Positions 1 to 11,498 of a stretch of DNA of 63,345 nucleotides are shown here, one piece after another (the first letter of the stretch is position 1; each line of letters opens with the position of its first letter). The notes below the pieces were generated by a model that did not search any database, was not told the DNA's origin, and saw only the letters and a program-made list of their open reading frames with translations. The stretch is from Gemmatimonadaceae bacterium (GTDB lineage Bacteria > Gemmatimonadota > Gemmatimonadetes > Gemmatimonadales > Gemmatimonadaceae). The translations under genes and the position numbers were made by a program. Location of the stretch: the NCBI GenBank assembly GCA_046593895.1, contig JBKJQR010000279.1:1-63345 (forward strand), given 5' to 3'.

Positions 1-277
1 TTTCCATGCAATCGAAAAAAGCAGTTGAACCACCGAGAACTGCCGCGGCGAGAAAGCTCGGGACGCCGAACCTCAAACTGCAACGAGGCACGCCGAACAA
101 AATGATCCTGCACCAGGTCAAAGAATTGACCGCCCGCTCGCGACCGCGAGCCCTCGATCGCCACGGCCGTTCTCGGTGGTTCAAGCAGTTCGCGCCGCGC
201 CGAGACCGGGAAAGGTGCGGCGCGTGGTGCCTCGTCACATATTTCCCGGAGGCTTCGTCAACTCCCGGCACCCACGC

Positions 278-673
278 ATGACGGTTCCCCCGCAAAAACG
301 AGTTCTTGTCGTCGATGACGATCCGGCAATCTGTCGCGCTTACAGCGAAGTGCTGTCGGCCGCTGGTTACGATGTCGTCACCGCGGGCAGTCGGGCCGAT
401 GCGCTCACCGCGGTCGAACGGGTCTCCGGCGCGGTCGACGCGCTCATCCTCGACATCGGCCTGCCCGACGCGGACGGCTCCGAAGTCGCCCGCGATATCG
501 CGGCCCGCATTGGCCAGCGGCCGACGCTCTATGTCAGTGGCTGGTCCGAGGACTTCTGGCAGCTCTCCGAAGCGCCCGGTCGCTGGCGTGTGCGCCAGAA
601 ACCGATCCCGATCCCGTGGCTGCTCGACACGGTGCGCTGGCTCGCCGAAGGCGGGGAGCCACCTCCCGGCTGA
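278..673 (+). CDS. Stand-alone CheY-like response-regulator receiver protein
   Basis: ORF 176..673 trimmed to ATG 278 (MTVPPQKRVLVVDDDPAICRAY...). Receiver hallmarks VLVVDDD and ILDIGLPDADG. No output domain. Confidence 0.8.
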   Translation: MTVPPQKRVLVVDDDPAICRAYSEVLSAAGYDVVTAGSRADALTAVERVSGAVDALILDIGLPDADGSEVARDIAARIGQRPTLYVSGWSEDFWQLSEAPGRWRVRQKPIPIPWLLDTVRWLAEGGEPPPG

Positions 674-690
674 CGTTAGGCAGGCCTCGG

Positions 691-1701
691 CTATTCGACC
701 GGTGCCGCGCCGAGTCGTACCGAGATCGTCGGCCGGCCAGCCATCCGCCCGTTCTCGTCGAGGCGGACCAGCGAGATCCTGATCGTATCGCCCGGCTTCT
801 TCGACCGCAGCACGCGGAGCAATTCGCTCGCGGTGGCCGTTGCCGCGCCGTCGAGCGCGACGATGATGTCGCCGGGCTGCAATCCGGCGCGATCGGCCGG
901 CGTGGCTTGTCCGACCTGCCTGACGATCACGCCTTCGCGCACCGGTAGGCGGAAGCGCTCGACGATTTCCGGTGAAAGATCGGCGGTGTTGATGCCGAGA
1001 AATGGCCGGATGATGTGGCCCGTGGTCAGGACCTGGTTGGCGATGTCCTGCGCGAGGTTGATCGGGATCGCGAAGCCAAGGCCCGTCGTCCCCTGGAGGA
1101 TCGCGCTGTTGATCCCGATGACGCGACCTTGCGAGTCGAGGAGCGGTCCGCCGGAGTTCCCGGGATTGATCGCCGCATCGGTCTGGATCAACCCACCGAG
1201 TTCGAACCCGCGCGGGCTCCGGTTGATCGCCGAGATGATGCCGGTGGTGACCGTACGATCGAGGCCGATCGGATTGCCGATCGCGATCGCCGTCTGGCCG
1301 ACCTCGATCTGGTCGGAGTTGCCTAACGGCGCACTGGGCAGCCCCGTCAGCGCGACGCGGACGACCGCGATGTCGACCACCGGGTCGCGGCCGAGCACCT
1401 GCCCGACGAGCCGGCGTCCGTCGGCCAGGCCGATGTCGACGCGCGTCGCCGTCCCGACGACGTGGGCATTCGTGATGATGATCCCGTCGGACCGGATGAT
1501 CACCCCGGAGCCGAGTCCGACGCCGGGATCGGTGACGCTGACGACCGCCGGCGTCGCCTGCCTGGCAACCCGGATGATCATTGCCTCGTCGGCGAGTCGT
1601 GTCTGCGCCGGCAATGCAAGCGGCGCCGCGAGGAAGAGCGCGGTCGCAAATGTGGTCGGGCCGACGCGGCGGGTCGTCGAGGCGTTGAACATTCTGTTCA
1701 T
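691..1701 (-). CDS. htrA: HtrA/DegP-family (S1C) serine protease with C-terminal PDZ domain
   Basis: ORF 691..1704 (ATG at 1701). Signal-like N-terminus, catalytic-triad contexts TNAHVV, DIAVV and GNSGGPL, and a PDZ-like GLQPGDIIVALDG. Confidence 0.9.
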   Translation of the reverse strand: MNRMFNASTTRRVGPTTFATALFLAAPLALPAQTRLADEAMIIRVARQATPAVVSVTDPGVGLGSGVIIRSDGIIITNAHVVGTATRVDIGLADGRRLVGQVLGRDPVVDIAVVRVALTGLPSAPLGNSDQIEVGQTAIAIGNPIGLDRTVTTGIISAINRSPRGFELGGLIQTDAAINPGNSGGPLLDSQGRVIGINSAILQGTTGLGFAIPINLAQDIANQVLTTGHIIRPFLGINTADLSPEIVERFRLPVREGVIVRQVGQATPADRAGLQPGDIIVALDGAATATASELLRVLRSKKPGDTIRISLVRLDENGRMAGRPTISVRLGAAPVE

Positions 1702-1717
1702 CAAGTTGTGTGTGTTT

Positions 1718-2623
1718 CTACGCCGCGCCGCCGAGGGCGCAGTCGTGCGCGAGATGCCGCTGCTCGATCTGCATCGTCGCGTGCTCGATGCCGAAGCGGT
1801 CGTGCAGCTGCGTGCAGGCGGTGGCGATCAGCGAATCGGTGTTTCCGCCGGCGGGAACGACGAGGTGCGCGGTCAGCGCGACGTGCGTCGTGCTCAACCC
1901 CCAGATGTGCACGTCGTGCACGTCGGTGACGCCGGGCAGCGAGCCGAGATACGCGGTGACGGCCTCGGTGTCGATCCCCGGCGGCACCGCGTCGAGGGCG
2001 AGGTTCATCGAGTCGCGCAGCAGCCCCCAGCTGCCGGCGGTGATCAGCACGACGAGCACGAGGCTGACCACCGGGTCGATCCACGTCCATCCAGTGAACG
2101 CGATCGCCAACGCCGCGATGACGACGCCCGCCGATGCGGCGGCATCGCCGAGCATGTGGAGAAACGCGCCGCGGATGTTGAGGTCTTCATGGCGGCCGCG
2201 CATGAAAGCGAGCGCGGTGCCGATGTTGATGCAGATGCCGACGAGCGCGACGACAATCACCGTCGTCGTGGCGACCGGACCGGGATGACGCACGCGTCGC
2301 ACGGCCTCGACGGCGATCGCCCCGACCGCGATGAGCAGGAAGCCGGCATTGCCGAGCGCGGCGAGAATCGAGAAACGGCGCAGGCCGTAGGTGCGCCGCA
2401 TCGTCGGACGGCGAGCGGCGAGTACGGTCGCCGCCCACGCCAGCCCGAGCCCGAGCACATCGCCGAGGTTGTGCCCGGCGTCGGCGGTGAGCGCGAGCGA
2501 ATGCGCGCGCGCACCGAAGATCAGCTCCGCGATGACGAAGCTGAGGTTGAGCCCGATGCCGACCGTGAACGCGCGGTCGTACCGCGCCGGTCCATGATGA
2601 TGGTGATGATGCGTTCCAGTCAC
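1718..2623 (-). CDS. Cation diffusion facilitator (CDF) family metal efflux transporter
   Basis: GTG start. His-rich N-terminus MTGTHHHHHH, multiple TM helices, CDF-type HSLALTADAGHNLGDV and HMLGDAAAS motifs, and a C-terminal cytoplasmic domain. Confidence 0.9.
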   Translation of the reverse strand: MTGTHHHHHHGPARYDRAFTVGIGLNLSFVIAELIFGARAHSLALTADAGHNLGDVLGLGLAWAATVLAARRPTMRRTYGLRRFSILAALGNAGFLLIAVGAIAVEAVRRVRHPGPVATTTVIVVALVGICINIGTALAFMRGRHEDLNIRGAFLHMLGDAAASAGVVIAALAIAFTGWTWIDPVVSLVLVVLITAGSWGLLRDSMNLALDAVPPGIDTEAVTAYLGSLPGVTDVHDVHIWGLSTTHVALTAHLVVPAGGNTDSLIATACTQLHDRFGIEHATMQIEQRHLAHDCALGGAA

Positions 2624-2735
2624 ATCGAAGCGTACGATGTTGGCAGCGGCGGCGTCAACGCTGATTGATCACGCCGCGACGCACCGCCGCGGAATCACCG
2701 CTTGCCCCGGCGTGTCGCGCCAATGATCGTACAAC

Positions 2736-4649
<1,914 letters not shown>

Positions 4650-4672
4650 GCAGGAACGCCGGCGTCGGACAA

Positions 4673-4701
4673 TTGACAGAAGGTGTCATAACACGTATTA
4701 T
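4673..4701 (+). promoter_or_regulatory. Near-consensus sigma70-type promoter driving a leaderless MarR-family transcript
   Basis: TTGACA (4673-4678), a 17 nt spacer, then TATTAT (4696-4701). The ATG at 4707 starts 6 nt after the -10 hexamer and there is no room for a Shine-Dalgarno. A small GTGT-N4-ACAC dyad lies in the spacer. Confidence 0.6.
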
Positions 4702-4706
4702 CCGGA

Positions 4707-5192
4707 ATGTCCGCTGCCCATGCGTTGCACGAGGAGCTCAAGCAAGCGAAGCCCTTTCGCAGTCTCGAACAGGAGGCGCTGCTCAGCATCGAGCGAACGG
4801 CGGCGGTACTGACGCACGGCGTCGCCGATGCGCTCCGCCGCTACGAGATCACGCCGACGCAGTACAACGTCCTCCGCATCCTGCGCGGTGCCGGTGAGCA
4901 GGGGCTGTGTCGCAACGAGGTCCGCGACCGGCTGGTCGCGCAGGTTCCCGACGTTACCCGGCTGCTCGACCGGATGGAAGAAATGGGATTGGTCGAGCGT
5001 GAACGCGGCGAGGAAGACCGGCGAATGGTGTTGACGCGGCTGACTCGCAAGGGTGGGCAGCTGCTCGCCCGCACAGACGAGCCGGTGGCGCGGCTGCACC
5101 GGCAGCAGCTCGGCCATCTCAGCCCGGCGCGGCTGCGCACATTGATCGACCTGCTTGCCGACGCGCGGCAAGGAGCAGCAGAAAATGTGTGA
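4707..5192 (+). CDS. MarR-family transcriptional regulator
   Basis: Winged-HTH MarR pattern ITPTQYNVLRILRGAGEQGLCRNEVRDRLVAQVPDVTRLLDRMEEMGLVER. Confidence 0.9.
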   Translation: MSAAHALHEELKQAKPFRSLEQEALLSIERTAAVLTHGVADALRRYEITPTQYNVLRILRGAGEQGLCRNEVRDRLVAQVPDVTRLLDRMEEMGLVERERGEEDRRMVLTRLTRKGGQLLARTDEPVARLHRQQLGHLSPARLRTLIDLLADARQGAAENV

Positions 5193-5262
5193 AGCGGCGC
5201 TCCAGCAAATCGCCTCACTCCCGACGTGACACCGTCGCCTCCATTGCACCCTCAGGGTCACC

Positions 5263-5703
5263 ATGCATTCGCGCTACGCCAACTCGACTAACTTCTCGCG
5301 CCGTGTCGACACCGGGCTGCTGGTTCTTCGCGTCGCCATCGGAATCGTCTTCCTCGTCCACGGCGGGCAAAAGCTGTTCGTCTTCGGTTTCGGCGGAGTC
5401 TCCGGCGCCTTCGGCAACATGGGTGTTCCGCTGCCCGGCTTCACCGGGCCGCTGACGGCACTCGTCGAGTTCCTCGCCGGTGGGGCGCTGATCATCGGCC
5501 TGCTCACCCGGCTCGCAGCGTTAGGCCTGGCGATCGACATGCTCGGTGCGATCCTCATCGTCCACCTGAAGGGCGGCTTCTTTGCGCCGACGGGCTACGA
5601 ATATGCGCTGACGCTCCTCGCCGCCAACGTCGCCATCGCAATTGCCGGTGGCGGCTACTACTCGACCGACCGCGTGATGGCCGAGCGTCGCGCTGGCCGC
5701 TGA
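5263..5703 (+). CDS. DoxX-family integral membrane protein
   Basis: 146 aa with four predicted TM helices. DoxX-like N-terminus LLVLRVAIGIVFLVHGGQKLF. Confidence 0.85.
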   Translation: MHSRYANSTNFSRRVDTGLLVLRVAIGIVFLVHGGQKLFVFGFGGVSGAFGNMGVPLPGFTGPLTALVEFLAGGALIIGLLTRLAALGLAIDMLGAILIVHLKGGFFAPTGYEYALTLLAANVAIAIAGGGYYSTDRVMAERRAGR

Positions 5704-6587
5704 TGGAGGACGCGTACGGAATCGCACCGGCAGGCTACCGCCTGCCGGCGGCGACGCGACTCGGGCGCGTGCGGCTGCAGGTCGCCGACCTCGCCCGCTC
5801 GCTGGCGTATTACGAGCGGGTGCTCGGGTTGCGCGTCATCGAGCGCGGGCCAGCGACCGCCACCCTCGGTGCGATCGAGGGAGATGACGTGCTCGTCGAG
5901 CTGCGCGAGCTTGCCGGGGCGACAGCGGTGCCTCACCACGGGCGACTCGGGCTCTACCACGTTGCGATCCTCCTGCCCGGTCGTGCAGCGTTAGGCGCGC
6001 TCATCGCGCACCTCGGCGCGGCCGGCGTACGGGCCGGGATGTCCGATCACCTCGTCAGCGAAGCGATCTACCTGACCGATCCCGACGGACTCGGCATCGA
6101 GGTGTACGCCGACCGACCGCGTGCAGCGTGGCGCCACGAGGCGCGGCAGCTGCTGATGGCGACCGAGCCGCTCGATGTCGGCAGCGTCGTGGCCGCGGCG
6201 GGCGGCGCGCCCTGGCAGGGGATGCCAGCGGGCACGCGGATCGGCCACGTGCACCTGTTCGTGGGCGATCTCGCGGCGGGCGAAGAGTTTTACCACGCCG
6301 GCCTCGGCTTCGACAAGGTCGTCTGGAGCTACCCGGGCGCGCTCTTTCTTTCGGCAGGCGGCTACCACCACCACTTGGGTACGAACACCTGGGCGCGGAA
6401 CGCGGTGCCGGCAACGGGGCGTGACGCCCGGCTTCTCGATTGGGAGATTGTCCTGCCCGGCGCGAGCGATGTGGCCGCCGCTGCGACGAGCCTGGCGGGG
6501 CAGGGTGCCGCGATCGAGTGGGCGGGCGGTGATGCGGCCGTGCTCGATCCGTGGGGCACCACGGTTCGCTTGACCGAAGCGCGCTAG
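5703..6587 (+). CDS. VOC/glyoxalase-fold ring-cleaving dioxygenase (MhqO/CatE-like)
   Basis: Two tandem VOC repeats (GRVRLQVADLARSLAYYERVLGL and IGHVHLFVGDLAAGEEFYHAGLGF) plus GGYHHHLGTNTW. The start overlaps the DoxX stop (TGATG). Confidence 0.8.
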   Translation: MEDAYGIAPAGYRLPAATRLGRVRLQVADLARSLAYYERVLGLRVIERGPATATLGAIEGDDVLVELRELAGATAVPHHGRLGLYHVAILLPGRAALGALIAHLGAAGVRAGMSDHLVSEAIYLTDPDGLGIEVYADRPRAAWRHEARQLLMATEPLDVGSVVAAAGGAPWQGMPAGTRIGHVHLFVGDLAAGEEFYHAGLGFDKVVWSYPGALFLSAGGYHHHLGTNTWARNAVPATGRDARLLDWEIVLPGASDVAAAATSLAGQGAAIEWAGGDAAVLDPWGTTVRLTEAR

Positions 6588-6631
6588 CGTTAGGCGGGCC
6601 AGGCCGCGTCCCGGGAATCACGCTGGCCCGA

Positions 6632-7366
6632 ATGTTGATGCGCAATCGAGGTTTCCCTCGCCCGAATCAACATGACGACGCTGTCGTGACCGCGCGACCG
6701 ACCGTACTCCTGCTGTCCGACGACGCGATGACGCTCGCGCTCGTCGGCATGCTGGTCGAGCTGGCCGGATTCGCGCCGGCCTTCGCCGCCCCGGGGGAGC
6801 AGGCTGACGACGCGATCACTCGTGTCCGGCCGCTGCTCGTCGTCCTGCTCGACGATACGAGCGCTGTCGCCCGCTCGGACCTCTTCTTTGCGCGCGCAGC
6901 GCAGCGGCGCATTGCGCTGGCAGTCTTTCCAGGCAAAGGATCGAGCGGCGCGCTGTTGAAAGTGATGGGCGAGCGCGGAATTCCCTGGTTCGAGCTGCCG
7001 GTAGACGTGGAAAACCTGACTCGCGCCATCAACGCGGCGGCGGCGACGGAGTGGTGGCTGCGCGGCAGCGAGCGGCGCCTGCTGCCGGCGGCCGAGCGGG
7101 CAGAGGGGGGCGGGCTGTGCTTTGTCGATCGTGCCGGGCGGCGCTGGACGGTCTATGATCGCCGGGGCAGCGAACGACGCCACCCGCTGGCGGCGGAGGA
7201 AGAACTGCCTAACGTTGCGGGCGACACGGTGCCAGTGACGCGCCTGTTCGTGCGCGACGATGGTCTCGCGGTCGCCTCGGTGCTGGGATACGACGAAGTC
7301 GCAGCGCTCTCGGCGCACGATCTCGAGCGCCAGTTCCTCCGGGCGCGGCCCTTCGACTCACCCTGA
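6632..7366 (+). CDS. Hypothetical protein with a degenerate receiver-like N-terminal half
   Basis: ORF 6551..7366 trimmed to ATG 6632. TVLLLSDDAMTLALVGMLVELAGFAP...LLVVLLDD resembles a REC fold without clear phospho-acceptor context. Codon usage is gene-like. Confidence 0.5.
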   Translation: MLMRNRGFPRPNQHDDAVVTARPTVLLLSDDAMTLALVGMLVELAGFAPAFAAPGEQADDAITRVRPLLVVLLDDTSAVARSDLFFARAAQRRIALAVFPGKGSSGALLKVMGERGIPWFELPVDVENLTRAINAAAATEWWLRGSERRLLPAAERAEGGGLCFVDRAGRRWTVYDRRGSERRHPLAAEEELPNVAGDTVPVTRLFVRDDGLAVASVLGYDEVAALSAHDLERQFLRARPFDSP

Positions 7367-7439
7367 ACCGTGCCTCTCATTTCCGGCATCGACATTTGGG
7401 TGTCCCCCGGAGCGCGGGCGGCAGGGGCGCGACGAAGAA

Positions 7440-7970
7440 ATGGACAGCGACACATCGCGGCGCATGAAATGCACTGTTCCAGCTGCTCTGACCGCTCGCT
7501 CTCCAGTTCGCCTGATGCAGCTGCTTACCGTCCGACTCGCCGACGGTCGTTTCGCGTTCCGCGCGTCCGACGTTCGTGAGATTGTTCGTGCCGTTTCCAT
7601 CGCACCGCTTCCCGCCGCCGGCTCCATAGTCGAAGGCGCGATCAACGTGCGCGGCCAGGTGGTGCCGGTGCTCGACCTGCGGGCGCGATTCGGCCTGCCC
7701 GCCGAGCCGCTTGCGCTTCACCATCACCTGGTGATCACGAGCAGTGCGGGTCGCGATGCTGCCTTTCGTGTCGACGAGGCGGAGGATCTGATCGAGGTCA
7801 GTGACGCGGACATTGTCGCACCAGCTGCGCTCACCGCTGCGGCCCGCCATGTCGCGGGTGTCGCCGCACTACCCGACGGAGCGGTCGTCATTGCCGATCT
7901 CGAGACCTTTCTCTCGCGATGGGAGTCGGACGCGCTCGACGCCGCGCTGGCCTCGTCGGGCAACGCGTGA
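7440..7970 (+). CDS. cheW: CheW-like coupling protein
   Basis: ORF 7260..7970. CheW domain LLTVRLADGRFAFRASDVREIVRAVSIAPLPAAGSIVEGAINVRGQVVPVLDLRARFGLP. The start is uncertain (ATG 7440 chosen). Confidence 0.8.
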   Translation: MDSDTSRRMKCTVPAALTARSPVRLMQLLTVRLADGRFAFRASDVREIVRAVSIAPLPAAGSIVEGAINVRGQVVPVLDLRARFGLPAEPLALHHHLVITSSAGRDAAFRVDEAEDLIEVSDADIVAPAALTAAARHVAGVAALPDGAVVIADLETFLSRWESDALDAALASSGNA

Positions 7971-9469
7971 CGCTGCTCGATGCGACGACGCCGACTGCAG
8001 CCGCTGCGCCGCGAGGTTGGTCGAGCGCAGAGATGCTGCTGATCGCCGGCGTCGCGCGCGATACGGCCGGCCTGATCTTCTCGCCGAACCGGGTTCCGAG
8101 CGCCGAGCAGGGGATCCGTCGGGCGATGAACGCGTTGCGCATCGAGGACGTCGGTGCATTCCGGCAGGCCGTCGAGGAGCCGGGCCACGCGCGCGACGCG
8201 CTGCTCGCCGAACTCACCATCGGGGAATCGTATTTCTTTCGCGAACCCGCGCAGTTGGAATTCGTCGCGCGCGATCTCATGCCCGCGTGGGCGGAGCAGC
8301 GCCGTACCAGCGCGACGCCGACGGCGCTGCGCATGTGGAGCGCGGGCTGCTCGAACGGCGAAGAGCCGTATTCGCTGGCGATGCTGCTGCGGGAAGCGAG
8401 CTGGCGCCACGGCAGCGAAATCCTCGGCAGCGACATCTCGATTCCGCGGCTGGCTACCGCGCGGCGCGGCCGCTACTCGGAGTGGGCGATGCGAGCCACG
8501 CCGCGCCCGATGGTCGAGCGGTACTTCGAGCAGACGGGCAAGCAGTACCTGATCCGCCGAGAAGTGCGCGACATGGTCCGCTTCCGAGCGGTGAACCTGA
8601 CGTCCGGGTTCGACCTCCCGGCGGCTGGCGCGTCGGCGATGGATCTCGTGCTCTGCCGCAATGTGCTGATCTACTTCTCGATGGAGACGGTGGGCCTGGT
8701 CGCCGAGCGGCTGCTCGCCGCGCTCGCGCCTGACGGTTGGTTGCTGATCAGCGCATCGGATCCACCGCTCACCGATCTCGTACGCTGCGAAACGGTGACG
8801 ACCGCAGCCGGCCTTGCCTACCGGCGGAGCGATCGGCCGGGACGCACGACCCGCGCGGAGCCTGCGGCTGCATGGCCGGCCGATCCATTGCCGGTCGCCG
8901 CCGCGCCAGTGCGCGCGGCGCCACGGGAAGCCGTCGTTGTGCTACCGGCCGCGCCAGCGGCCGCCGACCTTCCGACGCTCGAATCGATTTACGCTGCGGG
9001 CGACTACGATCGCGCCGCCGAGATCGCGACGGCGCGCGCTGCTGCCGGCTCCGACGATGAGCGGACGCGCGTGCTGCACGTCCGCGCGCTCGCCAACCGC
9101 GGCCGTCTCGACGACGCGCGCGCCGCCTGCAAGAACGCGCTCGACGCCTTCGCCGTATCGCCCGAGCTCCACCTGCTGCAGGCGACGCTGCTCGCCCGCG
9201 CTGGCCAGTTCGGCGCCGCGGTCGTCGCGGCGCGTCGCGCACTCTACCTCGATTCGACGATGATCATGGCGCAAATCGTCGGTGCCGACGCGATGACGCG
9301 AATCGGCGACGGGCGCGGCGCCGAGCGCGCGTTACGCGCCGCCGCTGCCTCGCTCGCCGGTCTCCCCGCTGAGGCGACAGTGAGCGCGGCTGATGGTGAG
9401 ACGGCGGGCCGGCTCAGACAGCTGGTCGCCTACCACCTCGCCGCGCTGGCCACAGGCGGCGCCCGATGA
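7967..9469 (+). CDS. cheR: CheR-type MCP methyltransferase with C-terminal TPR-like repeats (WspC-like)
   Basis: ORF 7919..9469. In-frame GTG 7967 overlaps the cheW stop (GTGA). SAM-methyltransferase core LRMWSAGCSNGEEPYSLAMLL...VLCRNVLIYF. Ala-rich helical repeat C-terminus. Confidence 0.85.
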   Translation: MTLLDATTPTAAAAPRGWSSAEMLLIAGVARDTAGLIFSPNRVPSAEQGIRRAMNALRIEDVGAFRQAVEEPGHARDALLAELTIGESYFFREPAQLEFVARDLMPAWAEQRRTSATPTALRMWSAGCSNGEEPYSLAMLLREASWRHGSEILGSDISIPRLATARRGRYSEWAMRATPRPMVERYFEQTGKQYLIRREVRDMVRFRAVNLTSGFDLPAAGASAMDLVLCRNVLIYFSMETVGLVAERLLAALAPDGWLLISASDPPLTDLVRCETVTTAAGLAYRRSDRPGRTTRAEPAAAWPADPLPVAAAPVRAAPREAVVVLPAAPAAADLPTLESIYAAGDYDRAAEIATARAAAGSDDERTRVLHVRALANRGRLDDARAACKNALDAFAVSPELHLLQATLLARAGQFGAAVVAARRALYLDSTMIMAQIVGADAMTRIGDGRGAERALRAAAASLAGLPAEATVSAADGETAGRLRQLVAYHLAALATGGAR

Positions 9470-9951
9470 CCGGCGATCCGGCGACCCTCGTTCGCGCGCG
9501 CCTCGACGAGCGGGCCCGCCTCCTTGCCGTTAGGCCTGACGTCGGAGGAGTGGACGACGGCTCGGGCGCTATCGACTCGATGGTCTTCCGCCGCGGCAGC
9601 GAACGTTTTGCGCTGCCGCTCACCGAAGTGGTCGAGATCTCGCGGCGCGCGCGGGTCACCCCGCTCGCTGGCGCCGCGGCACCGGTGGTCGGCCTCGCCG
9701 GCTGGCGTGGCCGGGTGCTGACGGTGGTCGACCTCAACCCCGAGGCCGGCAGCGACGGGGATCACCTCGTCGTCGCCGGTTCGGGACGCGCCGCGTTCGC
9801 CATCATCGCCGACGAACTCGAAGATGCGCGTCCGCTCTCGGCCGACGGTGACGCGACCGCGGCGAGCCATCGACCGGCCTATGCGACAGGTGTCACCAGC
9901 GACGCGATCACCCTCATCGGCTACAAGCTGCTCCAGGGAAGCCTCGGCTGA
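9466..9951 (+). CDS. cheW: CheW-like coupling protein (second copy, WspD-like)
   Basis: ATGA overlap with the cheR stop. CheW domain MVFRRGSERFALPLTEVVEISRRARVTPLAGAAAPVVGLAGWRGRVLTVVDL. Confidence 0.8.
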   Translation: MTGDPATLVRARLDERARLLAVRPDVGGVDDGSGAIDSMVFRRGSERFALPLTEVVEISRRARVTPLAGAAAPVVGLAGWRGRVLTVVDLNPEAGSDGDHLVVAGSGRAAFAIIADELEDARPLSADGDATAASHRPAYATGVTSDAITLIGYKLLQGSLG

Positions 9952-10026
9952 TGCGCACTGCCGGGCGAAGACCGGATCGTGGGGACGAACATCGAATGAC
10001 AACATCTTCAGCGGAGCGTTGATATC

Positions 10027-11490
10027 GTGTGGACAGTAAATCGACGGATCATCTTCGGGTACGCGGTCTCACTCGCACTGCTGCTTGTCGTTGCCACGAT
10101 CGGATGGCGGGCGATGAGTCGCAGCGAAGTGGCGTACGAAGCGGCGCTGCGCGCCCGGCGCGACGTTCTCGCACCCGCACTGCTGGTCGAATCCGATATC
10201 CGCGCGGCGAATGTCGATAATCTCCGTTTCCAGCTGAATGCGCGCCCCGAATACCTCACGCGCCGCGACAGCCTGATCGCCACCGCCTCGGCGACGCTCG
10301 ACCGGTTGCGGTCCACCGCCGGCGCCGATACTGCCGCAACCGATTGGCTGGCGATCTCGCGCCTGCTGGCCCAGTGGCGCGATGCGAGCGTCGCCGCCGC
10401 GAACGCTGCGGTCGCTGGTAACCGCGTCGAAGCGGACCGCTTGCGGCACGACGTGAACGAACCGCTGCGCGCCCAGCTCGACGCGCAGTTCCGCACGCTG
10501 GCGCTGGAAACGCAGCGGAGGACGGAAGCGATCGCGCGTCAGGGAACGGAGACCGCGCAGGGCGGCCGCACCGGGCTCGCGTTAGGCGCGCTGGTCGCCC
10601 TGCTCGCCGGCATCATCTCGGCGTACCTGCTCAGTCGCGCCGTGAATCGGCCGCTGCAGCAGGCGGCGAGCGGGCTCGCGTCGAGCGCGGCGCAGATTCT
10701 GGCCGCGACGACGGAGCAGGCGGCGGGCACCAACGAATCGATGGCGGCCGTCTCGGAAACGGTGGCCACCGTCGACGAGGTGACGCAGACGGCGAACCAG
10801 GCGGCGCTCCGCGCCCGCGCGGTGTCGGAGACCGCGCAGCGCGCGGCCGAGCGGGGGCGCACCGGCAAGCGCGCGGTGGACGATACGATGACGGCGATCC
10901 GCGCCGTCGAGGCACAGGTCGGCTCGATCGCCGGCAGCATCGTCTCGCTGGCCGAGCAGGCGCAGGCGATCGGTGAAATCATAACGGCGGTCAGCGACAT
11001 CGCCGAACAGACGAAGCTGCTCGCGCTCAACGCGGCGGTCGAGAGCGCACGTGCGGGCGAGCATGGCCGCGGGTTCGCGGTCGTCGCCGCCGAGATCAAG
11101 AGCCTGGCCGGGCAGGCGAAGCAGTCCACCGTGCAGGTCCGCCAGATCCTCGGCGAGATTCAACGCGCCACGAACGCGGCAGTGATGACGACGGAGCAGG
11201 GCACGAAGCAGGTCGCCGCCGCTGGACGACAGGTCACGCAGGCGGGTGAAGTCATCGCCCAGTTGGCTGAGGCCGCCGACGAATCGGCGCAGGCCGCGGC
11301 GCAGATCCAGGCATCGGCCGGACAGCAGGCGATCGGGATGGAGCAGATCCGCCAGGCGATCGCGAACATTCACGACGCGACACAACAGCACCTCGTCGCC
11401 ACGCGTCAGTCGGAAACGGCGGCGCAGGATCTCAACCGGCTCGGCGAGAAGATGGTTGAACTGGTTGGCGCGAAGAGGCGAGGGGTCTGA
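10027..11490 (+). CDS. Methyl-accepting chemotaxis protein
   Basis: GTG start. Two TM segments with a roughly 170 aa periplasmic region. Highly conserved signalling hairpin [35 protein letters not shown]. Confidence 0.9.
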   Translation: MWTVNRRIIFGYAVSLALLLVVATIGWRAMSRSEVAYEAALRARRDVLAPALLVESDIRAANVDNLRFQLNARPEYLTRRDSLIATASATLDRLRSTAGADTAATDWLAISRLLAQWRDASVAAANAAVAGNRVEADRLRHDVNEPLRAQLDAQFRTLALETQRRTEAIARQGTETAQGGRTGLALGALVALLAGIISAYLLSRAVNRPLQQAASGLASSAAQILAATTEQAAGTNESMAAVSETVATVDEVTQTANQAALRARAVSETAQRAAERGRTGKRAVDDTMTAIRAVEAQVGSIAGSIVSLAEQAQAIGEIITAVSDIAEQTKLLALNAAVESARAGEHGRGFAVVAAEIKSLAGQAKQSTVQVRQILGEIQRATNAAVMTTEQGTKQVAAAGRQVTQAGEVIAQLAEAADESAQAAAQIQASAGQQAIGMEQIRQAIANIHDATQQHLVATRQSETAAQDLNRLGEKMVELVGAKRRGV

Positions 11491-11498
11491 CGCCAGCC

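Noticed and set aside
56-105. Direct repeat ACGCCGAAC x2 (29-nt spacing) in the low-GC left end, considered as a possible regulatory site or sRNA.
   Set aside because: There are only two 9-nt copies at the window edge, with no promoter, terminator or gene context visible.
2590-2610. A hexahistidine tract (MTGTHHHHHHGP) at the N-terminus of the CDF transporter, encoded by CAT CAT CAC CAT CAT CAT. It resembles an engineered His-tag and uses the AT-richer His codon.
   Set aside because: CDF transporters naturally carry His-rich termini for metal binding. The context is chromosomal with no vector sequence. The (ATG)n-like repeat on the opposite strand can be explained by slippage.
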